Shown: positions 1 through 12,115, counted from the stretch's first letter. The stretch: DNA of 46,228 bases from Candidatus Limosilactobacillus merdipullorum (GCA_019113965.1 DXGK01000022.1:1-46228), one strand, 5' to 3'. Notes: generated by a model not told the origin, from the letters alone. Translations and numbers: made by a program.

Positions 1-83
1 ATGGACTGGCGCGGTAGGTGTCTGGGTTTTAAACGTTGATTGATTAACGTTCAAAACGCCCCCAATAGGCTAGCTTCACGTCG
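1..83 (-). repeat. Hairpin intergenic repeat (family S), copy 1; may extend beyond the window edge
   Basis: Reverse complement aligns without gaps to 27095-27177 at 63/83 identity (manual count); central AACGTT..AACGTT hairpin. Confidence 0.8.
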
Positions 84-101
84 GACCCACGCCCTCTGAA
101 C

Positions 102-1595
102 TTACTTTTTCTTGTGGTGGATGCTAAAACGCCAGTTACACTGGTGTTTACCACCCTGATGGCTATCCTTCCGGTGATTATTATGCCGGTTGTAGCCGTG
201 ACGGGAATGGTGGCCACGGTACTTGCCGTGGTACCCGTTGCGGTGGTGGTAGTTGCCATGGTTGCGATGCCGCTTCGGTAGTGGCTTTTCTGGTGTGATC
301 TTGACCGGTACCTGGCTAGCATCGTCCTTGGTGATCGTGTTCAACAGGGCCGCTACCAAATCAACGGCGTCATGAGTTTCCAGCAGCTTTTTGGCGGCGT
401 CCTCATACCGCTCGTTTGCTGGCTTGGCGATTAATTCATCAATATCGTTAAAGGCGGAGGCCACTTGACCTCGGAAGGCCTCTTCGGCGGTCGGTGGCTT
501 CAGCGGCAGCATCCGCACTTTCGTTAACTTTTCGATTTCATGAAGGTAGTCCATCTCGTTAGGAGTGACAAAGGTCAACGAGACGCCGTGGTGCCCGGCC
601 CGGCCCGTCCGACCGATCCGGTGAACGTAACTATCCGGGTCCGACGGGATATCGTAGTTATAAACGTGGGTCACGCCCGAAATATCTAGTCCCCGGGCCG
701 CCACGTCGGTAGCCACCAAGATATCAATTTTGCCTTCCTTGAAGCGGTGCATGATCTTGGTCCGCCGCTCCTGAGTCAGGTCACCGTGAATACCGGCAGC
801 GTTGTAACCACGCATAATCAGTCCACGTGATAATTCATCAACCCGGCGTTTGGTCCGGCCAAAGACAATCGTCAAATCTGGATCCTGGACGTCAATCAGG
901 CGGGTCATAATATCGAATTTTTCGTGTTCGCGGGCCCGGACGTAGTACTGGTCAACCAAGTCAGTGGTCAGTTCCTTCGCCTTAATCTTAACCATCCGCG
1001 GGTTCTTCATGAATTGCACGCCGATCTTCTTGATTGAATCTGGCATAGTAGCAGAAAAAAGCAGTGTCTGGCGGTCAGCAGGTGTTTCAGCGATAATCGC
1101 CTTAATGTCGTCCAAAAAACCCATGTCCAGCATATCGTCTGCTTCATCCAACACAAGGGTCTTCAATATTCCCAGCTTCAGGGTGTGGCGCCGAATGTGG
1201 TCCCGTATCCGACCGGGAGTCCCAACAACAATTTGTGGATGACTCTTCAGGCTCCGAATCTGGCGGCGAATATCCGCCCCGCCGTATACGACCTGTACCT
1301 TCACGTGGCTATCGCGTCCCAGCCGGAAAAGTTCCTCCTGGGTTTGGATCGCCAGCTCCCGCGTCGGCGAAATAATCAGCGCCTGCAGGCTGGGATCCTT
1401 TGTATCAACATGTTCAATAATGGGCAGGCCAAAAGCGGCCGTTTTTCCCGTCCCGGTTTGCGCCTGACCGATAACATCTTCACCTGCCAAAACCATCGGA
1501 ATGGTCTGTTCCTGGATCGGGGTTGCCTCTTCGTAACCGCTGCGCTTAACAGCTTTCAGCAGGCTTTTGGACAAGCCCAGTTCACTAAATTTCAA
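102..1595 (-). CDS. cshA: DEAD-box ATP-dependent RNA helicase CshA
   Basis: Q motif, AQTGTGKT, PTRELA, DEAD, SAT, ARGLD, HRIGRTGR; basic His/Arg-rich C-tail; TTG start after GGAGG. Confidence 0.93.
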   Translation of the reverse strand: MKFSELGLSKSLLKAVKRSGYEEATPIQEQTIPMVLAGEDVIGQAQTGTGKTAAFGLPIIEHVDTKDPSLQALIISPTRELAIQTQEELFRLGRDSHVKVQVVYGGADIRRQIRSLKSHPQIVVGTPGRIRDHIRRHTLKLGILKTLVLDEADDMLDMGFLDDIKAIIAETPADRQTLLFSATMPDSIKKIGVQFMKNPRMVKIKAKELTTDLVDQYYVRAREHEKFDIMTRLIDVQDPDLTIVFGRTKRRVDELSRGLIMRGYNAAGIHGDLTQERRTKIMHRFKEGKIDILVATDVAARGLDISGVTHVYNYDIPSDPDSYVHRIGRTGRAGHHGVSLTFVTPNEMDYLHEIEKLTKVRMLPLKPPTAEEAFRGQVASAFNDIDELIAKPANERYEDAAKKLLETHDAVDLVAALLNTITKDDASQVPVKITPEKPLPKRHRNHGNYHHRNGYHGKYRGHHSRHGYNRHNNHRKDSHQGGKHQCNWRFSIHHKKK

Positions 1596-1639
1596 AAAAT
1601 TCCTCCTTGAAAAAATGGCGAATAACCATTTTCAACTCT

Positions 1640-3043
1640 TTACTCGTTATTTGCAGATTGGGCCGGCATAATCTTAGCCAGGACCTTTTCGAGGTGAATC
1701 CCGTGGCTCCCCTTCAGCAAAATGACATCGTCGGCCTTCAGATCGTGATTGAGGTCCGTAATCAGTGGTGCCAGCTGGTCGGCACCGTAATAATGAATTG
1801 CGCTAACTGGATAGCCATCCGCCGTCAACCGATCGCGGAGGGCGGCCATTTCAGGGCCAACGAGGTAAACCTCCTGCAGCTTCGTGGGGTTAATAACCTC
1901 TGCCAGGCTGGCGTGTAAGTCCTTGGCGGCCTTCCCCAGTTCCAGCATATCGCCCAGTACCGCAATCCGACGACCACCTTCATTGACCGGCACGTCCTGC
2001 AGTGTTTCCAGCACATCGCGAGCAGCAGTCGGGTTGGAATTATAAACATCAGAGAGGACCTTTTCACCGGCCGCCCCTGTTAGCCATTCAGCCCGGTTAG
2101 CGGTGAGGTTCGGGTGTGCCAACCCCTTCTGCATGTTGTTTGGCCGGACGTGTAACTTGGCCGCGACTGCCAAGGCAGCCAGGGCGTTGCTGACGTTATA
2201 TTCACCAGTCAGCGGGACGACAAATTCATCATCTGGCCAGGCATTAGTGGTAAAGGTCAGTTTATCAGTGCCCACCTTGACCGCCGTAGCGTAAAGGTCA
2301 TTCCCCATCTCGCGACCAAATGTGTAAGTTCCCTGCTGGAGGTCCTTCGTCCGTTCGCGCAGCAGTGGTTCGTCACCGTTGTAAATGAGCACCCCGTCTT
2401 CTTTCAGGCCGTGGGTGATTTCCATCTTGGCATCAGCGATCCGGTCGCGGGTACCAAAGAATTCAATGTGGGCCTCTCCGATCATCGTAATGACAGCCAC
2501 GTCCGGGTTGGCCAGCTTGCTGAGTTGGTCTAGTTGCTGGAAGCGGTCCATCCCCATTTCCACAACCACTACTTCGGTATTGGCGTTCATGTTTAACAGG
2601 GTCACCGGCACACCAATTTCGTTGTTGAAGTTGGCGTGGGTCTTAATCACGTTGTACTGGGTTGCCAGGATGGAGGCGGTCAGGTCCTTGGTGGTTGTCT
2701 TCCCGTTGCTCCCGGTAATAGCCACCACGATCGGGTTGATCTTGTGGACGTAGTACTGGCTCAACTTTTGCAGGGCAGCCAGCGGATCATCGACAACTAA
2801 GACCGGATGGTCGGTTGGTACCGGCTGGTGGTCTGCAGCCCACAAAGTAGCTACCGCACCATTATCAAAAGCGCTCGGTACGAAGCGGTGACCATCATTG
2901 TTACCTTTGAGGGGAATAAATAACGCGCCTGGTGCCAGGTGACGACTGTCGAATGACACGCTGCTGACAGTAATATCTTCCCACTGGGAAACATCATTTT
3001 GCACCTGCAGTGCCTTCGCGATTTCCCTAATCTTCATCTTCAT
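1640..3043 (-). CDS. murF: UDP-MurNAc-tripeptide ligase MurF
   Basis: FDSR, AITGSNGKTTTK, NFNNEIGVP, VEMGM, DVYNSNP, VLGDMLELG, LKGSHG; start placed at MKMK after GAGG. Confidence 0.93.
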   Translation of the reverse strand: MKMKIREIAKALQVQNDVSQWEDITVSSVSFDSRHLAPGALFIPLKGNNDGHRFVPSAFDNGAVATLWAADHQPVPTDHPVLVVDDPLAALQKLSQYYVHKINPIVVAITGSNGKTTTKDLTASILATQYNVIKTHANFNNEIGVPVTLLNMNANTEVVVVEMGMDRFQQLDQLSKLANPDVAVITMIGEAHIEFFGTRDRIADAKMEITHGLKEDGVLIYNGDEPLLRERTKDLQQGTYTFGREMGNDLYATAVKVGTDKLTFTTNAWPDDEFVVPLTGEYNVSNALAALAVAAKLHVRPNNMQKGLAHPNLTANRAEWLTGAAGEKVLSDVYNSNPTAARDVLETLQDVPVNEGGRRIAVLGDMLELGKAAKDLHASLAEVINPTKLQEVYLVGPEMAALRDRLTADGYPVSAIHYYGADQLAPLITDLNHDLKADDVILLKGSHGIHLEKVLAKIMPAQSANNE

Positions 3044-3072
3044 TATTCTTAAATCCTCTTTCAAGCATTAAT

Positions 3073-3969
3073 TTACATCTTCTTTAACCGTGCAATCCGT
3101 GCATCTAGCGGCGGGTGGGTATCAAAAAGACCACTGAATCCCCGCCCGTGCGCAGCATTAAGGTGCGGCGAGCTAATATAAAGCGAAGCACATTCGGCGC
3201 TGCTCTGCGTCATTGGCTGAGCATGTTTTAACTTTTCCAGGGCAGAAATCAACCCCTGTGGATTACGCGTTAATTCAACTGAACCGGCATCTGCCAGGTA
3301 TTCCCGGTTTCGCGACAGTGCTAATTGAACTAGGGTAGCAGCCAGTGGAGCGAGCACAATCAACAGGACTGCACCGACCGCTACCAGAACACCACCCGCA
3401 TCGTCATCATTATCGCGCCGGCCACCGCCAAACCACCAAGCGTGGCTAGCAAAGTTGGCCAGGAAGGTAATGGCACCGGCTAATGCCATGGCAACTGTCT
3501 GCAATCTAATGTCGTAGTTTCGGACGTGGCTCATTTCGTGCCCCATCACACCTTCTAGCTCTTCCCGGTTCATTTGCTGAAGTAAGCCGGTCGTAGCAGC
3601 CACGGCAGCATGCTGGGGGTCGCTGCCCGTTGCAAAGGCATTCGGGCTGGGGTCTTTAACAATGAAAACCCGTGGCATCGGAACATTAGCGGCAAGCGCC
3701 ATGTCTTCTACCACGTGGTAAAACTCGGGGGCCTGACTAGCATCGTGCAGCTCCTGGGCATGATTCATCCGCATGACCATGTCTGCCGACTGGCCACCAA
3801 CAATTGACAGGTAAATCAGTGCCAGAATTGCTGCCACAATCACCCCACCAACAGCGGTGTCAGCAAAAAAGTAGCCGATAGCCGCGCCGACGAGTGCTAA
3901 AAGCAAAAAGAAAACGGCAACTACTAGCACCGTTTTTCGTTTGTTTCTGGCAATTTGCTGATACAGCAT
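3073..3969 (-). CDS. htpX: Zinc metalloprotease HtpX (M48)
   Basis: [27 protein letters not shown]; TM segments; follows lemA. Confidence 0.93.
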   Translation of the reverse strand: MLYQQIARNKRKTVLVVAVFFLLLALVGAAIGYFFADTAVGGVIVAAILALIYLSIVGGQSADMVMRMNHAQELHDASQAPEFYHVVEDMALAANVPMPRVFIVKDPSPNAFATGSDPQHAAVAATTGLLQQMNREELEGVMGHEMSHVRNYDIRLQTVAMALAGAITFLANFASHAWWFGGGRRDNDDDAGGVLVAVGAVLLIVLAPLAATLVQLALSRNREYLADAGSVELTRNPQGLISALEKLKHAQPMTQSSAECASLYISSPHLNAAHGRGFSGLFDTHPPLDARIARLKKM

Positions 3970-3993
3970 GAAGCCAAATTCTCCTTTGCTTAT

Positions 3994-4560
3994 TTAGTCG
4001 TCAAACGATACCTTCGGAACTTCCCGAGCAGATTCAGGAGCCTTCAGGTAGTCAATAGCCGTAAAGTGGCCCAAGTTAGCGATAATGTTGGAAGGGAACT
4101 GCTGAATCTTTGCATTCATGTTTGCTGCGGTGCTGTTGTACAGCTGCCGTGAGTAAGCAATCTTGTTTTCGGTATTCGTCAGTTCTTCCATCAGCTTAGA
4201 GTATTCCGTGCTGGCCTTCAGGTCAGGATAATTTTCGGCAACCGCAATTAACGAATGCAGTGCCCCCGTCAGCTGGTTGGCCACGTTCATCTTTTCTTGG
4301 TGGTCGCCTGCTGGCACGCCTGCTAACTCACTGCGGAGCTTCGTTACTTGTTCAAAAACACCTTTTTCGTACTTGGAATAACCCTTAACCGTTTCAAGCA
4401 GGTTCGGGATTAAGTCATTTCGCCGGGTCAACTGAACGTCAATCTGACTCCACGATTCCTGGACGTGAGTACGCATGGCTACCAATCCGTTGTAGGTCAT
4501 AACGTACCAAATCACAATGACAGCAATCACAATAATTGCGATAATCCATCCTGTACTCAT
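3994..4560 (-). CDS. lemA: LemA family protein
   Basis: N-terminal TM, WSQIDVQLTRRNDLIPNL, ENYPDLKAS, ENKIAYSRQLYN. Confidence 0.93.
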   Translation of the reverse strand: MSTGWIIAIIVIAVIVIWYVMTYNGLVAMRTHVQESWSQIDVQLTRRNDLIPNLLETVKGYSKYEKGVFEQVTKLRSELAGVPAGDHQEKMNVANQLTGALHSLIAVAENYPDLKASTEYSKLMEELTNTENKIAYSRQLYNSTAANMNAKIQQFPSNIIANLGHFTAIDYLKAPESAREVPKVSFDD

Positions 4561-4717
4561 TCAGTCTTTCCTCCTCAGGATTCCTTATTAGTTTATCTCA
4601 TTTTTTTATTTTACCAGGTTTGCTGACGAAACACACGATATCTCACCGATTAATGTCAGGAAAAGAGAGATCGTGTACAATATTAGTTAGTAATAGTCGA
4701 ACAAAGGAGGACGTAGA

Positions 4718-5185
4718 ATGAAAATCTTGTTTGTCTGTCTGGGCAATATTTGCCGGTCGGCGATGGCCGAGGCCATGTTCCGTCAAATGGTTGACCAAGC
4801 GGGGCTCAGTTCTCAAATCACCGTTGATTCCGCTGGTACCAGCAGCGAAGAAGAGGGTAATGGTCCCCACCCCGGGGCGCGGCGCTGTCTAGAACACCAC
4901 CACATCAGTGCTGACGGTCTGGTATCACGCCCGCTTAATCGCGATGACTACTTCAGTGCCGACTACATCGTTGGGATGGATGATATGAATATGGAAGATA
5001 TCATTTCCCGGGCACCAGAAGGACACCACGCAAAGTTGTGTGGCATTTTTGACCTAGTTCCCGGTCGTAAGGGTGAATCCATTCCCGATCCCTGGTACAC
5101 CCACCGCTTCGAAGATACCTACAACAGTCTTTCAATCGCCCTGCCAACTTGGTTGGACCAACTCAAAGACGACCTTAATCACTAA
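4718..5185 (+). CDS. Low molecular weight protein-tyrosine phosphatase
   Basis: VCLGNICRS (CX5R), DSAGT, DPWY; RBS AAGGAGG. Confidence 0.9.
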   Translation: MKILFVCLGNICRSAMAEAMFRQMVDQAGLSSQITVDSAGTSSEEEGNGPHPGARRCLEHHHISADGLVSRPLNRDDYFSADYIVGMDDMNMEDIISRAPEGHHAKLCGIFDLVPGRKGESIPDPWYTHRFEDTYNSLSIALPTWLDQLKDDLNH

Positions 5186-5190
5186 CTAGA

Positions 5191-5229
5191 AAACCCAAAC
5201 CTGCGGTGTCTCGCCGTCGGTTTGGGTTT
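5191..5229. terminator. Bidirectional intrinsic terminator
   Basis: AAACCCAAACC...GGTTTGGGTTT inverted repeat between convergent genes. Confidence 0.75.
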
Positions 5230-5234
5230 ATTAA

Positions 5235-5927
5235 TTAGCGGCCGTTGGTGTACTTTTCGCTTAACGCTTTTTGAACACTCTTCTGCGCCTGTTTGAATTT
5301 CTCAGACTTGATAAAATTACCACGAATCAGTAACCGGTTGGCACCCGTGGCATCACAGGTTACCATCGTAATGATTTTTTGTGGCGTATCGTCCACTACC
5401 TGGACGTCAGTTGCCGGAATAAACTTCCGCTGGTAAATCTTGTATTCGTAGACCCGGTTTAAGTCGGTCAGATAGACCTTTTGACCAACTTTAGCGTGGT
5501 AGTACAACGGTGAAAACAGGATCTTGCTACCGTTAGCCATATTGTGACCTGCCAACGCATAGTTCCCTTGGCCCATCTTCATGTCCTCACGCATCGTTCC
5601 GGCAGCCAGGGCTAGCGTAGTGTTGTCAACCCCCTTAGCAATCGGGACAGACATGTTAATTGACGGGATGGCTACCACCCCAATAATGTTCACCTGCTGC
5701 CGGCTGGCTCGCGCTCGTGCAGCTGATTGCAGGTCCAGGTCCTTGACGTTGCTAAAATCATAGCTAGCCTTTTTTTGACTATTCTTCTTAATAGTTTGGG
5801 AAGTTAGTTGCGGGCGGTAAGAACCAACAATGTAGTACTTAATTTGTTGATTAAAAATTAAAACTAAACTGACCAATAAGAGGACCACCACTGCGGTCCA
5901 CCGGAGCCAGCCTCTTCTTTTTTTCAT
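5235..5927 (-). CDS. srtA: Class A sortase
   Basis: N-terminal anchor, GNYALAGHN, ITMVTC, downstream Arg. Confidence 0.9.
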   Translation of the reverse strand: MKKRRGWLRWTAVVVLLLVSLVLIFNQQIKYYIVGSYRPQLTSQTIKKNSQKKASYDFSNVKDLDLQSAARARASRQQVNIIGVVAIPSINMSVPIAKGVDNTTLALAAGTMREDMKMGQGNYALAGHNMANGSKILFSPLYYHAKVGQKVYLTDLNRVYEYKIYQRKFIPATDVQVVDDTPQKIITMVTCDATGANRLLIRGNFIKSEKFKQAQKSVQKALSEKYTNGR

Positions 5928-5946
5928 GTTGCTCCCTCATTAGCAC

Positions 5947-5979
5947 AAAACGTCCGTCGGCTAACCAACGGACGTTTTT
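5947..5979 (-). terminator. Terminator after rpmE
   Basis: AAAACGTCCGT...ACGGACGTTTT. Confidence 0.75.
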
Positions 5980-6023
5980 CATTTTGTAATAACCAGCTAC
6001 ATGCCGGTTAATAGTAATTAACT

Positions 6024-6275
6024 TTAGTTGTTCTTCAGACCGTACTTCTTGTTGAAACGTTCAACAGCACCGTCGGCCTTAGCAAACTTCTGCTTGCCAG
6101 TATAGAACGGGTGTGAGTCGGAAGAAACTTCAACCCGGATCAACGGGTATTCGTTGCCGTCTTCCCACTTGATGGTTTCACTGGAAGTAGCAGTGGAACC
6201 GGACAAGAACTTGTAGCCAGTCGATGAGTCTTCAAAAACTACCTGATGGTAATCTGGATGAATTCCTTTTTTCAT
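6024..6275 (-). CDS. rpmE: 50S ribosomal protein L31 type B (Zn-free)
   Basis: MKKGIHPDY...[10 protein letters not shown]; no Cys; start after AAGGAG. Confidence 0.95.
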   Translation of the reverse strand: MKKGIHPDYHQVVFEDSSTGYKFLSGSTATSSETIKWEDGNEYPLIRVEVSSDSHPFYTGKQKFAKADGAVERFNKKYGLKNN

Positions 6276-6283
6276 AATATATT

Positions 6284-6366
6284 TCTCCTTTGCCATGAAT
6301 CATTTTGAAACATAGTTTGTCGTTAGTCAACTTTTGTAGAATATCATAGTTTGCCTAATGTTGCAA
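6284..6366 (-). promoter_or_regulatory. rpmE sigma-A promoter and possible L31 autoregulatory leader
   Basis: TTGCAA(6361-6366)-17bp-TATTCT(6338-6343). Leader CTATGTTTC..GATTCATGGCAAAGGAG resembles Firmicutes L31 leaders as recalled (not verified). Confidence 0.5.
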
Positions 6367-6380
6367 CTCTTCGGCTTAAA

Positions 6381-7658
6381 TTAACCTTCCACGGGTTCGT
6401 CCTCGTCGACAATCGATACGTCCGCGTGTAACCGGTTCAGCTTCCAAACAATCCGGTCGTAACCACGGAGAATATTACCGGCCCCGTGGATAACGGTCGT
6501 CCCGTCAGCCATTAATCCAGCGATGGTTAGTGCAGCCCCGGCACGGATCTCACCGGCTTCAACATCGGCACCATGCAACTTTTCAGTATGCTCGACGGTG
6601 ATAATACCGTCATGGTTATGGATGTTCATCCCCATTTTTTGCAACTGGGGGATATGACCAACCCGTTCGGGATAAATCGTATCCTGAATGGTGCTCTTGC
6701 CGCTGGCCATCGACATCAATGGGCTCAACGGCTGCTGCAAATCCGTCGCAAAACCAGGATAAGGCATCGTTTTAACGTGGACGCCATGAAGCTTATCGGT
6801 CCGTGGTACGAAAATCTTATCGATGTCAATCTGCAGGTCGACACCCATTTCAATCATCTTACTGGTAAATGATTCCAAGTGTTCCGGAATGACGTTGTTG
6901 AGCATCACCCCATCACCCATCGCCGCCGCCAGGGACAAGTAAGTCCCCGTTTCAATCCGGTCGGCAATAACCGTATGGGTGTTCATGGACTGCAGCGTTT
7001 CGACCCCGTGGATCCGGATTTCGTCAGTCCCGGCACCACGAATTTGGGCACCCATGTTGTTGAGGAAGGTCGATAAGTCGACAATTTCTGGCTCTCGGGC
7101 CGCATTTTCAATCACGGTCGTCCCTTCAGCGCGAACGGCCGCCAAAATAGCGTTAATCGTGGCACCAACCGACACCACGTCAAGGAAAATACGGTTACCG
7201 TGCAGGCCATCCGGTGCGTCTAAGTGGACCGTTCCCTTATCTTCGGCGACCGTCGCGCCCAGAGCCTTGAAAGCCTTCAGGTGCTGGTCAATTGGCCGCG
7301 GACCAATGTCATCGCCACCAGGGAACGTCAACGTTGCCCGGTGGAAGCGCCCCAGCAGTGCTCCCATGAAGTAGTAAGAAGCCCGCAGCGACTTAATCGC
7401 CTTGCTTGGCAATTCTGCTTCGACAATCTGAGTCGGATCAATGTCTAACACACCGTGTGAGAACGATGAGGTGACATTCATTGATTGCAGAATGATCATC
7501 AGGTTATGAACATCTGAAATGTCAGGAACGGTATCAAAACGGACCGGAGTGTCGGCCAAAATGGCGGCAGGAATAAGTGCAACGGTGCTATTCTTTGCCC
7601 CACCGATTGTCACTTCACCCGACAAGCGGTTTCCTCCCTTAATGATCATCTTTTTCAT
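6381..7658 (-). CDS. murA: UDP-GlcNAc 1-carboxyvinyltransferase (Asp at the usual catalytic Cys)
   Basis: GAKNS, LRASYY, PGGDDIGPRPIDQH, SVGAT, AAREPE, DRIE, YPGFATDLQ. Confidence 0.95.
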   Translation of the reverse strand: MKKMIIKGGNRLSGEVTIGGAKNSTVALIPAAILADTPVRFDTVPDISDVHNLMIILQSMNVTSSFSHGVLDIDPTQIVEAELPSKAIKSLRASYYFMGALLGRFHRATLTFPGGDDIGPRPIDQHLKAFKALGATVAEDKGTVHLDAPDGLHGNRIFLDVVSVGATINAILAAVRAEGTTVIENAAREPEIVDLSTFLNNMGAQIRGAGTDEIRIHGVETLQSMNTHTVIADRIETGTYLSLAAAMGDGVMLNNVIPEHLESFTSKMIEMGVDLQIDIDKIFVPRTDKLHGVHVKTMPYPGFATDLQQPLSPLMSMASGKSTIQDTIYPERVGHIPQLQKMGMNIHNHDGIITVEHTEKLHGADVEAGEIRAGAALTIAGLMADGTTVIHGAGNILRGYDRIVWKLNRLHADVSIVDEDEPVEG

Positions 7659-7794
7659 TACTGATATCCTCGTTTCAATTTTTAGTAAACCATTTTAAAA
7701 CTTATTAAGACTGGAAAAACAGCCAATGAATATCATAAGAAAAAACAGCAGTAATTACAACCGATTCTGGCAATCAATCGAAAAAATTAGGAAA

Positions 7795-9545
<1,751 letters not shown>

Positions 9546-9562
9546 GGCATAATTCAGATTAA

Positions 9563-10111
9563 TTATTCATCATCGTCGTCATCCAGGTCTTCGTCGTTCA
9601 GCTCAGAGAGCTGGTCTTCGAGCCCTTCATCCGGCAAGTCGTCATCAGTGTCCGGATTATCTTCATCGTAATCATCGGCACTGTTATCATCATCGTCAGT
9701 GTCATCAAGGTCGTCGTCTTCTGGGTCGTCGTTGTCGTAGTCGATCACGTCATCGTCATCGTCCGTCCCGGCCAAGAAGGCATTAACCTTGCGCCGTTTC
9801 TTCTTAGGGCGTTCTTCTTCGTCCTCATCATCACCAATCGTAGCTTCGTCGATTGATTCAAATGGATACCATGAACGCAGGCCCCACGTATTGTCACCAA
9901 GGGAAATGAAGCTCCCGTCGATGTTCAAGTCGGTATAGAACTGAGAGAGGCGTTCACGAATCTCTTCGTCGCTCTTCCCCATGTACTGTTGGACCTCGTT
10001 AGTCAGGTCAACGAATGACATTCCTTCGCCATGCTGTGCAAGAATGGCATGAGCTACTTCAACCATCGACAGTTCAGACTTATCTTGGCCGTCAAAAACC
10101 TTCAGATCCAA
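9563..10111 (-). CDS. rpoE: RNA polymerase delta subunit
   Basis: [37 protein letters not shown] tract, acidic tail; TTG start chosen (alternative ATG at 10123). Confidence 0.93.
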   Translation of the reverse strand: MDLKVFDGQDKSELSMVEVAHAILAQHGEGMSFVDLTNEVQQYMGKSDEEIRERLSQFYTDLNIDGSFISLGDNTWGLRSWYPFESIDEATIGDDEDEEERPKKKRRKVNAFLAGTDDDDDVIDYDNDDPEDDDLDDTDDDDNSADDYDEDNPDTDDDLPDEGLEDQLSELNDEDLDDDDDE

Positions 10112-10157
10112 AATGGTGCACATCCCTTCAAAAAAGTCTAACCTACATCTTACATGA

Positions 10158-10580
10158 TTAACGGTAAAATTGCAATGAAACCTGGTAGGATCCAACCAGC
10201 ATCCCGGATGAATGGAGGTCATACTCCACCTCAAGACTACCGCGGGCGTCTTCCCAGTCCACCTTCTTTGCCAACCGCTTGGTTATTACCCGTAAATCGA
10301 TCGGACCGTAAGCCGTTTGGTAGCGGCTAGTCGTGGCTGCGTCTTCGTCAAAGACAAAACGCGTTTCCACGTCCCCCGAACGCAGCAGGTGAACTTGCTG
10401 GTCATCTAATCGGAACTGCACTGGTGTCTCAATGCCGTGCTGGTGTTCGGTGTAACGTAAGTAATGCTTATCACCCACCGTTGCCAGCTGGCCGTCTTCT
10501 TCAAAGGTAAAGTTAGCTGTTTCACCATCCTGGGTCATCTTCGACAACATCTTTACCTTGACTGGTACAACCTTTTTCAT
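10158..10580 (-). CDS. DUF1934 (YwiB-like) beta-barrel protein
   Basis: YLRYTE, LLRSG, YQTAYG pattern; conserved position upstream of rpoE. Confidence 0.75.
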   Translation of the reverse strand: MKKVVPVKVKMLSKMTQDGETANFTFEEDGQLATVGDKHYLRYTEHQHGIETPVQFRLDDQQVHLLRSGDVETRFVFDEDAATTSRYQTAYGPIDLRVITKRLAKKVDWEDARGSLEVEYDLHSSGMLVGSYQVSLQFYR

Positions 10581-10711
10581 TCATTCTCCTCCTTATAAGC
10601 GTCCCTATCTTGCCAAAGGCCATCGTCACTGTCAAGCAGAACGGTCTGTGGTTGGCCTTTTCAGAGTCATTGCTTATAATGATTATTAACGATGAAGAAC
10701 GGAGGAAAATG

Positions 10712-12058
10712 ATGAGTTTCAACGACGAACAATTAAGGCACGAGAAAGTTTTCCGGGACCCGATTCACGGAACAGTCACGGTCGACAACCAAATCATCCT
10801 CGATTTGATCAACAGCCCGGAATTCCAACGTCTCCGACGGGTCAAACAGCTGGGAACCACCAGCCTGGTCTTTCACGGTGCAGAACACTCACGATTTGGA
10901 CACTGCCTCGGAGTCTACGAAATTACCCGGCGGCTGTGTGCACAGTTTGAACGCAATTACCCCAGCCAGATTGACGGCGACGGTTTATGGGATAACAACG
11001 AACGCCCCGTTGCCCTGTGTGCCGCCCTCCTTCACGACCTCGGCCACGGCCCGTATTCTCATACCTTTGAGCACATTTTTAAGACCGACCACGAACTGAT
11101 TACCCGTCGTTTAATTACCGACCCTTCAACTAACGTCAACAAGATCCTCCGGCGGGTCAGTGACGAGTTTCCGGCCCAGGTGGCGAGCGTTATCAGTCAC
11201 GAGTACCCAAATAAGCAGGTCGTTTCAATGATCTCCAGTCAGGTTGACGCCGATAGGATGGACTACCTGCAACGTGACGCCTATTACACCGGGACCAACT
11301 ACGGCAAATTTGATCTCGACCGGGTTTTGCGGGTCATGCAACCCACTAAAGACGGGATCGCCTTCAAGATGTCCGGAATGCACGCGGTTGAAGACTACAT
11401 CATCAGCCGGCTGCAGATGTATTTACAAGTTTACTTCCACCCGGTCACCAGGTCATTAGAGGTCATCCTCGACCACTTGCTAAATCGGGCACACTGGATG
11501 TGCAACCATCCCGACCAGCAGCGCGAGGCCTTTAATCCAGAATTATTAATGCCGTTTTTCCGTAACAAGTTCAACTTAAGTGACTACCTCGCCCTCGACG
11601 ATGGGACCCTGACGACCTACTTCACCCAGTGGAAACACTCGCGTGATACCATCTTAGCCGACCTGGCCCACCGCTTCTTGGACCGGCGCCCACTCAAATC
11701 AGCGGAATACGATGACCAGACTGCCAAACTGCTGCCAGAGTTGCGCAAACTCATCCAGGCTTCGGGCTTCAACAGTGCCTATTACACGGCGACTAACGCT
11801 TCCTATAAGTTACCTTACGATACTTACCATCCACGGACTGCCCAGCCACAAACGCAAATTGAGCTCATCCAACCGGATGGTGAATTGGTAGAATTATCAA
11901 CCGTTTCCACCCTGGTCAAAAGTGTTTCTGGCAAGGAAGCCGGCGACCAACGTTTCTTCTTCCCGAAGGAAATGCTCTCCACGTCGAACGACCTGGAACT
12001 CTTTGCCCCTTACTACGAGGAATTCCAAAGTCACATTAAAAACAATCACGTTTGTTAA
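10712..12058 (+). CDS. HD-domain phosphohydrolase, SAMHD1/EF1143(YwfO)-like putative dNTPase
   Basis: FRDPIHG, RLRRVKQLG, HSRFGH, LLHDLGHGPYSH, DADRMDYLQRD; start after GGAGG at 10701. Confidence 0.88.
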   Translation: MSFNDEQLRHEKVFRDPIHGTVTVDNQIILDLINSPEFQRLRRVKQLGTTSLVFHGAEHSRFGHCLGVYEITRRLCAQFERNYPSQIDGDGLWDNNERPVALCAALLHDLGHGPYSHTFEHIFKTDHELITRRLITDPSTNVNKILRRVSDEFPAQVASVISHEYPNKQVVSMISSQVDADRMDYLQRDAYYTGTNYGKFDLDRVLRVMQPTKDGIAFKMSGMHAVEDYIISRLQMYLQVYFHPVTRSLEVILDHLLNRAHWMCNHPDQQREAFNPELLMPFFRNKFNLSDYLALDDGTLTTYFTQWKHSRDTILADLAHRFLDRRPLKSAEYDDQTAKLLPELRKLIQASGFNSAYYTATNASYKLPYDTYHPRTAQPQTQIELIQPDGELVELSTVSTLVKSVSGKEAGDQRFFFPKEMLSTSNDLELFAPYYEEFQSHIKNNHVC

Positions 12059-12071
12059 GAGTGGACACAAG

Positions 12072-12108
12072 AAACGGGCCGCAGCATCCTGCTGCGACCC
12101 GCTTTTTT
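12072..12108. terminator. Terminator between convergent genes
   Basis: CGGGCCGCAGCA..TGCTGCGACCCG followed by a T run. Confidence 0.7.
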
Positions 12109-12115
12109 ATTTGAG

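Noticed and set aside
9563-9770. TCATCG/TCGTCG low-complexity run as a tandem repeat element
   Set aside because: It encodes the known acidic tail of RNA polymerase delta.
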